DNA of 63,823 nucleotides, the filler included, from Licmophora abbreviata (lineage: Eukaryota): NCBI GenBank assembly GCA_900291995.1. It is 8 parts of 8 records of this genome, joined end to end, with 100 filler letters (N's around TTAATTAATTAA, not from the genome) between each part and the next. Parts side by side here need not be neighbours in the genome. Positions count along the whole stretch, not along the records: positions 1 to 18,620 come from OLMU01000236.1; 7 more parts are not named here. One strand, given 5' to 3'. The position numbers were made by a program, and so were the translations under genes. Position 1 is the first letter of the stretch. Each line of letters begins with the position of its first letter. Of the stretch, positions 1-12,430 are shown in pieces. The notes under the pieces are model-generated. The model did not search any database and was not told where the DNA came from. It saw only the letters and a program-made list of their open reading frames with translations.

Positions 1-156
1 ACTAGAGCGATCCACGTTTCACGACAAGCAACAACAACATATAATGCGCTACTCTTACATGACCGAGTACATCGACGCGTCAGGCAATATGGAGTATAAC
101 GTGCGATGACGACTCTCACACAGGTTTCAGGTCATGCTCAACAGGTGAAACGATGG

Positions 157-477
157 CTACTTGGCCTTTCCAAAGAGCCCGAAGAACCTCTTTTTCGCCT
201 GGGTGTTCATCTCGATCTTCTTTTCGTCACCCTGGGGCTGCTCGGGCTCATCAACAGGCTCCGGTGGGACTGTGACCTTGCGCTCGTGCTCAGAAAGAGC
301 TGAGTCCTTCACATTGTCTGGTCCCCTGAACAACTGGTTGAAGAATCCTTTCTTCTTCTTCTTATTGGCCTCCTTCATTGCGTTGTTCGCCTCTGTTCCG
401 ACTTCGTTGGTCTTGTCAGTGATTTCCTCTTTCACTTCCTCTGCCTTGTCCTTCACGTCTTGCATAGCGTCACTCAT
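157..477 (-). CDS. Small hydrophilic orphan protein (~106 aa), paralog of 822-1139
   Basis: ORF 157..582; likely start MSDAMQD at 477. Shares KKG(F/L)(F/L)NQ..GPD.V.DS.L...E.KVTV.P.P and a C-terminal LFGK with the neighbouring ORF. Confidence 0.6.
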   Translation of the reverse strand: MSDAMQDVKDKAEEVKEEITDKTNEVGTEANNAMKEANKKKKKGFFNQLFRGPDNVKDSALSEHERKVTVPPEPVDEPEQPQGDEKKIEMNTQAKKRFFGLFGKAK

Positions 478-821
478 GATCTCTCTGAAGCTTGGATCGT
501 TCTGAATGTCACTTTGATTTGTGACACCAAATTGTGAGATCTGTTGACACGTTGACATGTTGTGGTCATAAAACAGTTTCAAAATGAGAACACTATCATG
601 GGTTCTAAACCTAGCATTCTTGCCATTCTTAATTTTAACAAAGATAGATTTTATGATGCCTTCTTAAACGCTGGAGAGTCTCACCATGTTAAAAATCCGT
701 GTCGAGCGGACATGCTAGCTAGTACTCCAGTACAAATTACTGTCCTTCTCCTGGACTGCCCGCATCCTTAACCAGACTTGTCGTGTCGCTACAACATCAT
801 CGAATAATGGTGGTGATAAAT

Positions 822-1139
822 CTACTGGACCTTGCCAAACAACTGTCGCTCGAGCTGAGTGTCCTTGACAATGTCTTGTTTGACGAGACGCGTGCCTGGC
901 TTGTGAGGGGTTGGCTCAACGGTAACCTTGGCCTCCCTCGTTTCCAGCTGACTGTTCCTGACAATGTCCGGCTTGACAATGCGTGTACCTTCCTTGTGGG
1001 GGGTTGGCGCAACAGTGACCTTCGCCTCCCTCGTCTCGAGCAATGAGTCCCTGACAATGTCGGGACCGAATAAGATCTGATTCAATAGTCCCTTCTTGGT
1101 GTTGGCTTCCGGCACAACGTTTCCCTGGACGTCCGTCAT
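822..1139 (-). CDS. Small orphan protein (105 aa) with ~2.4 internal 31-aa repeats
   Basis: Unit PDIVRDSLLETREAKVTVAPTPHKEGTRIVK. TGACAATGT recurs at 866, 959 and 1052, a 93-nt period. Confidence 0.65.
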   Translation of the reverse strand: MTDVQGNVVPEANTKKGLLNQILFGPDIVRDSLLETREAKVTVAPTPHKEGTRIVKPDIVRNSQLETREAKVTVEPTPHKPGTRLVKQDIVKDTQLERQLFGKVQ

Positions 1140-1559
1140 GTTTGTTGTATCTATGATTGATGTTGATTCAGCGTTCTTGTCGTGTGTATCGTGTCATGAT
1201 TTGTGATTGCATGGACAGAACCGTCGTATCAGTATGAGTCGTTCCTGGATCCTGGAAGAGCTCCAAATTGTGACACCAGATTCCCGAAGAATGAGAACTC
1301 GGACGTCACGTTGCGGAGAAACGTCATGACAGAACTGGCTACACAAAGTTTCAGTATTAATCATGCATTCGTTAAAAACATTTGATACTGATTGGCACAA
1401 TTCAAATTTCATCCATCAAGCCGGCGCGACCTAGACTCCATCATCGACCTGGACCATGAACCGACGGACTTTGATGAGACGAGCCCTTGCGTGTTGAGAT
1501 CGCCTTTTCCTTCTCTTCTTCGTCCCGTTATTACAGTTCGTCCATTCTAGATCGCAACG

Positions 1560-3508
1560 ATGTCGATGTCTTCGAGGCAATGTGTCCTAACGACCCCGAG
1601 CTCCATCCTGTCGGTCAAGAGACCACACTCCAACCAGCAGGAGGCCCTGCACTCGGTCAAGAAAGCCGCGGTCTTTCCAGTGGATCCTTCCAAGCCGAAA
1701 GTGACACGTCCTATGATCAACGATCGCATTCGAAACTTGTTTTCTGATCAGAACCTACTCTCGATGGTACGTTGAAGGAATCTCGATCAGTCTGGACGCA
1801 GCACCGCGACCCATCAGAATCGAACCCATTCGACTGCACTGACGTACAAGCACGTAGTACGCACTTTTACTGTCTCACAATTCCTCGCTTCTTTTCTTTA
1901 CAGCCCTGCGTGTCAGCACGCCTATTTGCTTGCTTCACATTAGTAGCTGAGCAGTCATCGGCGATTTCGACTCCTGGAGGACGGCCCACCCGTCACGGAC
2001 GGCAGTCGGCCGAACGACAGCCTTTGCTGGCGTTGCTCAAGGCGCTGGTGCATGTCGAGCAAACCTCGTTGGGTCACATTCCGCAGAAACGCAGAGTGCA
2101 TTTCTCTGGCTTCGATTGCTCCTCCACGAGACCTCCCGTCGATTCCATTCTCGGCTCGCAACATCACTGGGAATCCAGCATTGGCGCATTGGAGACGGCG
2201 GTAGACGAGCTTCACACGCTCTTTTCTGCAACTGAGAACCGTTCTACCCATGCCGTCGTCGCCTCCTTGGAGTCATTGGTCTCGTTTCTACTTGACATGG
2301 AGACCGATACCGGTGGACTCATGAGACAAGAATGTTCGCGGGTGAGAACACGAGGTCGGAGAGGCGCTTGTCCTGTTCATCCCAATTCTCATCGCTCACC
2401 CGCTTGCTTTCTCATCTCGCCCTTTCGACGGACACAGTCTATGCCTGACTATTGGCCATCGGATCGTTTCATCACTGTCGCTGCTATGTATCGAGAAGAC
2501 TTTGAGGACATCAAGGCCCATCTGATGCTGAGTCCCGATGCGCCGATCAGTGACCTGCCTCTCATGACGGTCGAGAAGCACCTTGCGGACATGCTGGGCC
2601 AGGCGATTCGTTTTTATCTACGCATGTTCTTCAATCCAGAACCTTTACGAGTAACGTCTACCCCACCCGGCGAAGTAGCGGGGTCCACTGCCAATCTCAT
2701 CAAACGTCGATCCCGGGTCAGCGAGCTTTTGACCATGTCGCTACCGGATGGACTTACCGCGGCAGATTCAGCAATCGCGATGGCTCCATCTCTTCCGTGT
2801 TCAGTAAGGCGCTGCAGTGCTTATACTCTCACGTCGGGCCTGAAGTACTCTTGGCGTCGTTGTTTGAGCCGGTTTCACTCACTCCCGAAGGGTTTTGCAG
2901 AAGCGTTGCTTCGCAGAGAGGACTTCCAACAAGAGGGTCGCCTGAGCCGATTTCCGAGAATGACGTTAACGATATTGTCTCAGACATCCGCCAAGCGTTT
3001 GTCTTTCTCGAGACGGCTCATGCATGTCGCTTTCTCTGTGAGCTCGTGAACTGGCCCGGAGTCGAGGAGGAAATTGCGAAAGTTGGCGGCTGGACGCCTG
3101 TGGAAGGCTATGCCACGAAGATGCAGCAGCACGACCTTGTCCACGATCGATCAGCCGATGCTCATTTGGCGCTCCTTGGCAACGTACCTCAGCTATTTTC
3201 CAGAGCAGAACAGTGCTATCAGTGTATGCGACCTTCTGTCAAGGAGTGTACAGCAAGTTTGAATAGTCTCTCGGCGAGTTTCAAATGTGGTGAGTCCCGT
3301 ACTGTTCGGCGAGCTTTTCACCTACGCGATCGTCAAGGTACAACTAACTCCTGTACGCTGATCTTGCTGTACTGTCATAGGGACAAATAAGAAAGCAAAG
3401 GTTCGAACTGTTCACCCTGTCATCAACACATTGTCGGCTGTCCTCCAAGAAGAATCACAATTCGTGTTTCCTACCATTTCTAATCCGCAAAGAAATGACT
3501 ACGAATAA
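1560..3508 (+). CDS. Hypothetical multi-exon protein
   Basis: GT-AG introns at 1767-1903, 2342-2437 and 3290-3380 join ORFs 1560, 1772 and 2797; stop at 3506-3508. One frameshift is needed, probably near 2795. No family recognised. Confidence 0.5.
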
Positions 3509-3988
3509 GGAAGGAGAACATGAAGTTTATCAGGGGGGCTCTATCAAGTATGTGAAAGAAAGCTACTTACTAAATAGTGATACGAAAGCGAGACTCGCGG
3601 ATCGTTCTGCCCTGAACTCTGCCATTCGATTCCAAGCTATGAGACGACTTTCGGTACGCTTTGTTTCGCCTAGGTGTACGTACCATCGGACCTCTTGGGT
3701 TAGCGGGAAAATGTTATGAAGCGGTATACTCTCTAGTAGCTTGAACGAAGCAAACCAGTATATAATATCGTTCGCACGACAATCGTTCATGAGGCCGTCG
3801 CAGTTATATCGGTACATGGTACAGGTCTACGGAGTACTCGAGTAGTTTATACCTGTACGACGTCGAAAGTCGTGATGGAACGCGCGCGGTGAGCTTTCGC
3901 GAACAGGCGGGTCATCTCGAGAAATGACACAAAAAGTGTGCCGCCAATATAGATTGCAAGCCGCCACCAAGGATGACCGCTTCGTACC

Positions 3989-5191
3989 ATGGCCAGGATT
4001 CGCTGCAGGTGTGGTGGCGTTGCTGCCTGTGTTTTTGCAGCGTGGCTGATCGTGACAGCTCGACTTTTTGTCTTGAAAGAAGGCGCGATCGATGAAACAC
4101 CACCGCGTTTCGAATTCCCCACGCGAAACCTCGTTGTCGGACGACTCCATTCAGTGAGCGATGGCAAAGTTTCCGCATTGCCTGAGCGGCGGCTCTTACT
4201 TCACACTTGCAGCCTCAAGAATGAAACGATAACAATTCCTGAAGTTCCATCGTTTGTCATAATTGGAGCTCAAAAGTCGGGTACGACCGCGATTGCCCGG
4301 TATTTGGCCGCTCACCCCTACGTTCTCGATACCAGAAAGGCGGGACGAGAGCCTCACTTTTTTGATAACGCCTTTCGTGGAATGAAAGATTGGTATAGGA
4401 TGGGAAAGTATGCTTCTGTCGACGAGTTCTATTGTCACGCTCGACAACGCTATGCAAACTTGTTCTTCGATACCGAAACACTGTTGGAACCAGCATCCGC
4501 GAACAATGGAACACGGTTGATGTCGTTTGACAAAACGCCCAGCTACATACATTTGCCCGATGCTGCCCACGACCTTGGTCGCACTTGTCCTTGGCTGGAG
4601 AAAATCGTGGTTATCCTGCGGAACCCTGTCGACCGAGCCTACAGCCACTATCGTATGAATCTGGGTGACCGTACTAACAAACGAGAATGGGGGACGTTTG
4701 AGCATCATATCAACGATGAACTAAACCAGATGCACAAGGCTGGGCTCATTATAAAGCCATCTCTTTTGCCAGACGCATCCTTGTCGCCAAAAGAGGAAGA
4801 AAATCGCTTCGCAAAGCTGAATGGCCCTCCTCTGTTGCGAAAGGGGCTTTACTCAATACAACTGCTACAGTGGCTCGAGAGTTTTCCGGACCCCGACATG
4901 TTGTTGGTTGTCAATTTTGACGACTTGGAAGCGGATTCTCGCGGTGTCTACCAACAAATTTTGCGACACGTTGGTCTTCCCGCTTATGACTTGCCTGAGG
5001 GATACAAGCCGCTCTATGCAGGTAGCTATGAGCCGATGCGAAATGATACACGGCACCTCCTTGAAGACTTCTTTGCTCCATACAATAGTCGACTCGAAGC
5101 CTTACTCGGAGACAACTGGCATAGCGTGTGGGAGCGGGAGCGAAATCGGACGCAGAGAAAGGAAGAAGCTCAGGAATCAATACACGAATAG
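3989..5191 (+). CDS. Type II membrane sulfotransferase (heparan sulfate 3-O-sulfotransferase-like)
   Basis: N-terminal TM anchor, 5'-PSB motif IIGAQKSGTT, EPHFF, DKTPSY, 3'-PB motif LRNPVDRAYSHY. Confidence 0.9.
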   Translation: MARIRCRCGGVAACVFAAWLIVTARLFVLKEGAIDETPPRFEFPTRNLVVGRLHSVSDGKVSALPERRLLLHTCSLKNETITIPEVPSFVIIGAQKSGTTAIARYLAAHPYVLDTRKAGREPHFFDNAFRGMKDWYRMGKYASVDEFYCHARQRYANLFFDTETLLEPASANNGTRLMSFDKTPSYIHLPDAAHDLGRTCPWLEKIVVILRNPVDRAYSHYRMNLGDRTNKREWGTFEHHINDELNQMHKAGLIIKPSLLPDASLSPKEEENRFAKLNGPPLLRKGLYSIQLLQWLESFPDPDMLLVVNFDDLEADSRGVYQQILRHVGLPAYDLPEGYKPLYAGSYEPMRNDTRHLLEDFFAPYNSRLEALLGDNWHSVWERERNRTQRKEEAQESIHE

Positions 5192-5241
5192 CCAAGTGGA
5201 CAGCATCAGCCGCAACACTGTGCTGTAACTAATACTTCGTA

Positions 5242-6960
5242 CTAGCTAGCTTTCTTTTCTGCAGAACGCACGCGCAGATTGCTAATGAACTTTCCACCCC
5301 AGATACGTCCGACAAAGCATGTGGCTCGAAATAGTTGGAACACCGCAAAGCAAGACCAGACATCCACCACGGTACCGCCGACACGCTTGATGCGAAGCAA
5401 GGCCGGTGGCAGCAGCATTGTACTGGCCAGATACACGGATGCCAAAAATTTGAGTTCTCGGCGTGCCAGCAAGACACCCTCCGCAACGGCCACGGGTGCT
5501 GTCAAGAAGGCACCGGCAAACAAATACTTGGCGAGAGGTTTCACGGCCGCTTGCACCTTCCCATCAGAGGTGAGTGCATTGCCAAAGAAGGCGGGAATCA
5601 ATGACGCCAGTGTAGCGATCACAGATGCAACTCCTAACCCGATCGCCATCAATCTCGATGCCACCTGAAAGGCAGTCGACAACCATTCTCTCGCCTTCGT
5701 ATCCAAATCTACTTTGTAGTTAATATCGTTTTCTTTCATCCCATCCATGTAATCGTTGACGGGCGCCACGAAAGCAGGAAGGAACGTCTGTGCTGTCTGA
5801 CTTATCACTTCCATGAATGGACTCACAAAAAAGAAGAGCGACAAAATAATTTGGTGTGACGCCAGTGTTGTGGGCTGGCCAGGAAGTGCTGCCGCCGAGT
5901 GGGTCATGAATCCAAACGCAGCAATCTTCCCCAGGATGAGCGTAAGGACGGGTGCTGCAAAAGCGAGAAAGCTGCGTCCACTCACGCCACCTTCTACATG
6001 CACTTTTTTCATTAACCCCAACTTATGATCTGTCACCAACTCGCGTCGCGCAGGGGCGATCAAGGCAGCTGTCGCAGCCCATTGAGCCAATAGTGTGGCG
6101 ATAGCCGCTCCCTGCAACCCCATGTTCATTCGCTTCACGAGCAAGAAATCACCCGCTACATTCACAATGGTAGAGTACAGAATCGCAATGAGCGGTGTCA
6201 CTGAATCTTTGGCGCCTAGGAGCGCCGCCTGCAATACTCCAAGCAGCAACGACGTTGGCATAGAGAAGGATCGAATCTTGACATAGTCGACAGCAGCATC
6301 GAGCAAGCCAGGCGATGCCGCTGCTTCCGGTCCAATGTAGAGTGCCAGTAAAGGCCGACAGAAAAGCAAAAGGAATACCAGCAGTCCGATTCCTGAATTC
6401 AACGCGACACGCGCCGCCGTTCGCACTACAGATTCTGCTTTGGGTGAGTGTTCCCCTGCCTGCGCTCTGGCACTGGAATAGAGGTTTGTCGTGGCGACAT
6501 TCAAGAAAGCAAAGAGGTAGGTGGCACCATCGAAGAAGGTTGTGGCTGGTCCAAGTGCTGCGAGCTGCTGTGCCGATGTCTCCGCGGCTCCGCTCAACCC
6601 GACAAAGCTGGTGTCAACCAACGATAGCAGCGGTCCCGACACCCACAATCCGAGACAGGGCAAAGCGAATCTACGATAGTCGGACATGGTAGGAAGCGCC
6701 GGTAGTTTCGACGGTAGCCTGTTCGCCGCGGCCCCTCCACGAGGAACCAAGTTCTTGGAGTCTGGAGTATCGCTCGGGACACCGTTGGTGAGGCTAGCAT
6801 CAAGTGGATCAAAGTCATCGACTGGAACTGATGCCGGATTCGACGATAAAGTTGCAGCTGGTCTGGAACGTCGCGAGCCCGATTGGGGTGCAAACGCATT
6901 GCTCTGCACAGACACCGCGGATGATAGAATCGCCCCAAAGAGCAGTAGCGACGACCTCAT
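5242..6960 (-). CDS. MATE efflux transporter, plastid-targeted
   Basis: MATE motifs [20 protein letters not shown] and [12 protein letters not shown]. Presequence [25 protein letters not shown] is a signal peptide plus AFAP motif. Confidence 0.9.
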   Translation of the reverse strand: MRSSLLLFGAILSSAVSVQSNAFAPQSGSRRSRPAATLSSNPASVPVDDFDPLDASLTNGVPSDTPDSKNLVPRGGAAANRLPSKLPALPTMSDYRRFALPCLGLWVSGPLLSLVDTSFVGLSGAAETSAQQLAALGPATTFFDGATYLFAFLNVATTNLYSSARAQAGEHSPKAESVVRTAARVALNSGIGLLVFLLLFCRPLLALYIGPEAAASPGLLDAAVDYVKIRSFSMPTSLLLGVLQAALLGAKDSVTPLIAILYSTIVNVAGDFLLVKRMNMGLQGAAIATLLAQWAATAALIAPARRELVTDHKLGLMKKVHVEGGVSGRSFLAFAAPVLTLILGKIAAFGFMTHSAAALPGQPTTLASHQIILSLFFFVSPFMEVISQTAQTFLPAFVAPVNDYMDGMKENDINYKVDLDTKAREWLSTAFQVASRLMAIGLGVASVIATLASLIPAFFGNALTSDGKVQAAVKPLAKYLFAGAFLTAPVAVAEGVLLARRELKFLASVYLASTMLLPPALLRIKRVGGTVVDVWSCFAVFQLFRATCFVGRIWGGKFISNLRVRSAEKKAS

Positions 6961-7260
6961 GGCTTCGAATTTGGTGTCGAATGGAAGTTTTGTTTGGAAG
7001 CCAGGATGAAACTTCGAAACTTCATCATGGCGTCGGTCTCGACCGCGAATGACGTACTCGCACATGGAATCTGGAGTTTGGATATTCTTTGAGCAAGCAA
7101 TCCCTTTAGAGAGTATGGAATCAGGAGGTTTCAAAATTTGGATCTTGTGGATCTTTTCTACGCGTGTTTCTACGGTGACACTTTTCCCGCCGACGCGCCG
7201 ATGCGAACGGAGCAAACAGAAGGCATTTCCGCAGTTTCACCTCACGTTGTGTCTCTCGTG

Positions 7261-7279
7261 GTGTGTGTGTGTGTGTGTG
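7261..7279. repeat. (GT)9 microsatellite between the divergent MATE and ACADS genes
   Basis: gtgtgtgtgtgtgtgtgtg. Confidence 0.9.
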
Positions 7280-7308
7280 CACTTTTTCTTGGTTGTTCCG
7301 TTGCTGCC

Positions 7309-8700
7309 ATGTCGCTTCTGTCCTCTGCTGCGAGACGCAGTAGCCGCTCGTTCTCTGCGGCCGTTCGCCGGTCGTCATCTCCGTTCCTGAAGAACGCGAA
7401 GCACTACACGACCCACTCGCAGCTGCCGGAAGAACACCGCATGATCTATGAAATGTGTCGCAAGTTTGCAGACGAAGAACTCTCTCCGAACGCCGGCTCA
7501 TGGGATAAGAAACACGAGTTCCCAAAGCAGGCCATTGCGCAGCTCGCAGAACTCGGGCTGATGGGGCTAAATGTCAGCGACAACTTCGGTGGCACTGGAC
7601 TCGATGCCATGAGTTATGCCATTGCCATGGAGGAGATCAGTCGAGGATGTGCCAGTGTTGGAGTCATCATGTCGGCACATAACTCTTTGTATCTCTATCC
7701 CATTGATACTTTCGGTACTGACGCGCAGCGTGAACAGTGGGTCGCTCCCTATGCCCAGTGTGCGGCCGAGGACGGATCGCTCAAGATTGGTTGCTTTGGC
7801 TTGTCGGAACCGGGAAATGGCAGCGACGCAGGAGCGGCATCAACTACCGCCACGCTCGATGGTGGCGAGTGGATCATCAATGGTACCAAGGCCTGGATTA
7901 CCAACGCACACGAGTCGGGTGCCACAGTCATCTTCGCCACTACCGATAAGAGTCTACAGTGAGTGCTGATGTTTTTCTGTGTGCTCACGGTGCACTCCGC
8001 GAGACTCTTCCAGGCTAGAGAGACAATCTCACCGACACGTATTTATTTTCATTGTGTCGCTTCTCAACACAGACACAAGGGAATCTCGGCCTTTGTCGTT
8101 CCTCTTGACGCTGACGGATTCTCGTTGGGTGCGAAGGAGGACAAGCTCGGTATTCGCGCATCGTCAACCTCCAACTTGATTTTCGATAATGTCCGTATTC
8201 CGAAGGACTGTCTACTTGGTGAACCCGGCCAGGGCTTTAAAATTGCCATGCAGACACTGGACGGTGGTCGCATTGGAGTTGCGGGGCAGGGACTTGGCAT
8301 TGCGTCCGCCTCGATTGATGTCGCCACCAAGTACGCCTTGGAACGAAACGCCTTCGGCAAGCCCATTGCGCAGTTGCAGACGATTCAGAACAAAATCAGC
8401 AAAATGGTCTGTGCAAGGGACGCAGCACGTCTCTTGACGTGGCGTGCGGCACAGATGAAAGATGCCGGACAACGCTATACGCGCGAAGCGGCCATGGCCA
8501 AACTGGCAGCGAGTGAAGCGGCGACCATGTGCAGTCATCAGGCCATTCAGATTCTTGGTGGAATGGGCTACGTCAGTGACATGCCCGCCGAGCGGCACTA
8601 TCGCGATGCACGCATTACCGAAATCTACGAGGGTACGTCAGAGATTCAGCACTTGGTGATTGCCGGCGACGTCATCAAGGAATACAAGAATTCCATGTGA
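7309..8700 (+). CDS. ACADS: Short-chain acyl-CoA dehydrogenase, mitochondrial
   Basis: Motifs [50 protein letters not shown]. Arg/Ser-rich transit peptide. Intron 7959-8072. Confidence 0.93.
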
Positions 8701-8823
8701 GCGCGTGAGTTGACACTAGTATGAAGACACTAGTATAAAAGGCGAGATGAGTGGTCAGACGATCGTAATCACAAGGTTTATGAGTATGGGTCCTACAGGT
8801 TATTTGAATTAATATTTGATAGA

Positions 8824-9636
8824 TCAAGCGACCGTAGCATGGTCTTTCCAGTAGCTGTAAGCTTCCATGTACGCCTGGCGATCAATGGGAATGCCAGATC
8901 CTCCGTGCTCCTTGCCAAGAGCGTTTCGCATGGATGTAATTGGTGTCATGGGTAGTTCGTAGTCAACATCTTGTGCTTTAATACTTACAATACCCCAAGG
9001 CGAGGTATCGTCGTTGTCAGTTTTGCCCATGGATTCGCTTTCCTAATGGGCGCGACGATGAAGTGGGCGGGTGAGTGACATAGAAGTTGCGACAGGGAAG
9101 GCAGATGCAACTCACGGACAGCAACGCACCTTGTTGATCTGTTCGCGTGAATAGAGAATTAGATCGAGATACTTTGCCACAGGAAGCGGGTTATCTGGAC
9201 TTGTTGTCACCAGCTCTTTTGGAAACCATCGTGTCAAGACGGGGAGCTGTGGGAAGACGAACGAGAGCGCAAGATGCGGATGAGACTTACGCAATCTTCA
9301 CGTCACAAAGCATGAGCACACCCTAAAACTCTTCACCTCCTGTTCATTCCGGGCTTCGTATCTAGTTCTAAGATGAATCTCGTTGTCTTTGGTAATCGGA
9401 AGTACATTGACCTGGGCTTCGGTAAAGTCATTGACGACAAACAAGTGCTTGCAAAAGGGCGCATAGCCGTTCTGAAGCGCAGATTCTGAGTAGCGTTCAT
9501 TGACAATCTTGGTGAAGTCCCCAATCGATATATCAAAGACTGTTCCACCATATCCCTTGCTCGTTTCTTGCTCCGAGAACTGGCGAAAGCAGAACGGATC
9601 CACGACGAGAGCTCGCTGGTCCTCTTGCCGCGACAT
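8824..9636 (-). CDS. DUF3228 family protein
   Basis: GYAPFCKHLFV, YEARNEQELPVLTRWF, YLDLILYSREQI, PMTPITSMRNALG..GGSG. Introns 9247-9336 and 9043-9129. Confidence 0.88.
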
Positions 9637-10723
9637 GGTGAGGCTAAAGCAGCGACTAGACGATACGGAACTGACGCGAAGCTTGGAGCGGAGATACAGG
9701 AAGGACTCAACAAAGAAACAAGCACCAGCGATCTCATTTGGTCTCTCTCTACAAGGAAAGATGTCTTCAGACGCATGAAGCGGCGGCCGAAATTGCAACC
9801 ACATCAGAAGAAGCGTCGTTGCGCACCAGAGGCTTGTCGTCGCGTCTTCGCGTCATGGTCATCACTTTCAAGACATAGGAGAACCCGGACTTCTTCCAAC
9901 TATTGGCAGAGCGAGCCAGAACAGGAAGACGGACCGGAGACTCGGAGCTTGATAATAAGTGAAGAACGTCACTACTCCATGTCGATTTCGTTTCATGTAC
10001 GTCGCGTCCCATTCCCTTTCGTCCGTGTCCATGTTGTCCACAAGTCAAGAAGCCATGAGCCTCATGTCGGTTCCAAGTCTAAGATAATCGTCTCGTCCCC
10101 TTTCCCAAACTTCTTCAAGTAAACTAGTGTCGAAACTCAACTCAAGCCGTTACGACTGCATAAGATTACGCCACTCCAATGACGCAAGCACATCTCGCGT
10201 CCAAGACTGATTGATGCTAGGCAGAAATCGTTAACACTATAAGCTTGTAGGTACTCCATTGTCATTCTAACTTGTACTGTATACTGTACTCGCTTGTTGT
10301 TTGTGCTTGACTTTTTCCAGACGAGTGTCGGAGGTAGGACGCACCACTACCTATTGACCTGCCTACTCCCTCTCTAGACGACTGTTCTCCCCACTCATAT
10401 TATAGGTTGTCCTCTATGTTGACAATCATTACAGCCTATGGTACCGACAAGCCCATGGAGTTGGGGGATGAGTGATGTGCCGTGCCGTGCTAGCTCGCAT
10501 TGAACTTAGCCCTATCCAGACCGGACCTTAAGCTGTACGAGTAAACTGGAAACTCAGAACCCGAATTCGCGCGCTTTCTGATGTGATATCGGACCTCGAC
10601 AATGACGGAGCGACGGCGGCCGCCGGTGCACCTCTGAAGAGAACTCACTGTGCCGCGCATCTTCTCCCCAAGCTTAATTGCCACGCTTGACATTCTTTGA
10701 CAAGCTCTGCGTAGATCAGCACT

Positions 10724-12187
10724 ATGCCGCGTGAGATTGTGACTCTGCAAGTGGGACAGTGCGGAAATCAGATCGGAGGCGAGTTCTGGAAGCAGCTGTG
10801 CTTGGAACACGGTATACGTCCGGATGGGACTTTGGTCGACCCTCCGACTGCTGCTTCCGGTCACAATCAATCCTACACACCCATGATGGCAGGAATCGAC
10901 GATCGCAAGGATGTGTTTTTCTATCAGTCAGACGACGATCGATACGTGCCGCGGGCACTCTTGATTGACTTGGAACCTCGCGTCGTGCACAAACTGGCTC
11001 ATTTCGGCACGTACAAGAACCTGTTCAATCCTGAGAACGTCTTTGTGGCGCAAGAGGGTGGAGGCGCGGGAAATAATTGGGCAAGTGGATTCCGGCAGGG
11101 CGAAGAGCACCATGAACAGGTCCTGGACATGATTGACCGTGAAAGCGACAATTCCGACAGTCTCGAAGGCTTCGTCTTGTGCCACTCCATTGCGGGAGGG
11201 ACAGGGAGCGGTATGGGCAGCTACTTATTGGAGAGATTGCACGATCATTATCCGAAGAAACTCATTCAAACCTACAGCGTCTTCCCGAATTGGGATTCGG
11301 CACAGTCAGACGTGGTCGTCCAGCCCTACAACTCCATCTTGACACTCAAGCGCCTTACCCTCAACGCAGACGCCGTCGTTGTTCTCGACAATACGGCACT
11401 CAATCGCATTGCGGTCGACAAGCTCCGAATTGACAATCCCACCGTCGATCACTTGAATAGCCTGGTGGCAACGATCATGGCGGCGTCAACCACTACTTTG
11501 CGATATCCAGGATACATGAACAACGACCTCATTGGCTTGCTCGCATCGTTGATTCCAACACCACGCTGTCACTTTCTCATGACGGGATACACGCCGCTCA
11601 CACTACAAGATGCCAGCAACAAGAGTCTCAGTCTCCAACGCAAGACGACTGTCCTCGATGTCATGCGTCGTTTGACTCAACCTCAGAATATCATGGTTTC
11701 GGCCAATACTCGTAGCGGTTGTTACATCTCCATGCTTCACATGATTCAAGGTAACGACGTGGATCCCACGCACATTCACAAGGCACTCCAACGCATTCGC
11801 GATCGTCAGTTGTTACCATTCATTCCGTGGGGACCCGCCTCGATTCAAGTGGCGCTGGCACGCAAGTCTCCCTATGTCGACAGTCCTCATAAAGTGAGCG
11901 GCTTCATGCTTGCCAACCATACAAGCATGGCAGAGCTTTTCGATCGTTTGCTTTCTCAATATGACCGAATTCGATCACGGAATGCGTTTTTGGATAACTA
12001 CCGCAAAGAGCCCTTGTTTCAAGACTCACTGGACGAGTTTGACCATTCGCGGGAGACTGTTCAAAACTTGGTTGACGAATATCGTGCGTGCGAACGACCT
12101 GACTATGTGAACTTTGGGTTGGAACCACGTGCTAATACAGGGAACGTTACCTCGGGGATTGAACGCGATCGAATGACGACCGTGTAG
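10724..12187 (+). CDS. TUBG1: Gamma-tubulin
   Basis: [42 protein letters not shown]. Intronless, 487 aa. Confidence 0.98.
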   Translation: MPREIVTLQVGQCGNQIGGEFWKQLCLEHGIRPDGTLVDPPTAASGHNQSYTPMMAGIDDRKDVFFYQSDDDRYVPRALLIDLEPRVVHKLAHFGTYKNLFNPENVFVAQEGGGAGNNWASGFRQGEEHHEQVLDMIDRESDNSDSLEGFVLCHSIAGGTGSGMGSYLLERLHDHYPKKLIQTYSVFPNWDSAQSDVVVQPYNSILTLKRLTLNADAVVVLDNTALNRIAVDKLRIDNPTVDHLNSLVATIMAASTTTLRYPGYMNNDLIGLLASLIPTPRCHFLMTGYTPLTLQDASNKSLSLQRKTTVLDVMRRLTQPQNIMVSANTRSGCYISMLHMIQGNDVDPTHIHKALQRIRDRQLLPFIPWGPASIQVALARKSPYVDSPHKVSGFMLANHTSMAELFDRLLSQYDRIRSRNAFLDNYRKEPLFQDSLDEFDHSRETVQNLVDEYRACERPDYVNFGLEPRANTGNVTSGIERDRMTTV

Positions 12188-12430
12188 AATAGTTGTGCTA
12201 AGGGTTCGCAGCGCAGGTTACTAGTTCTTGTTTCCGTACTCTCTCTAGGGCTACACCTTGAGATTGGCATGGCTGCTTACCGTGGTGCAGTGCCAACAAT
12301 CGGTCTTGTTTATTGTTTTGCTCTACCTGACTGTCGAGTGAAGGTCTCTTTCCCTGCACGTTACAACTGAGCTCAAAGCGAAACTACTTATGATTCTGAA
12401 TATAGTGTTACAAATAATGGTAGCCAACTT

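Noticed and set aside
822..1070. 93-bp repeats as a CRISPR-like array
   Set aside because: The repeats are contiguous, in-frame coding units with no unique spacers, and there are no cas genes.
6961..7308. Overlapping 5' extensions of the MATE and ACADS ORFs
   Set aside because: They arise from upstream non-ATG starts in the ORF track. The targeting peptides place the real starts at 6960 and 7309.
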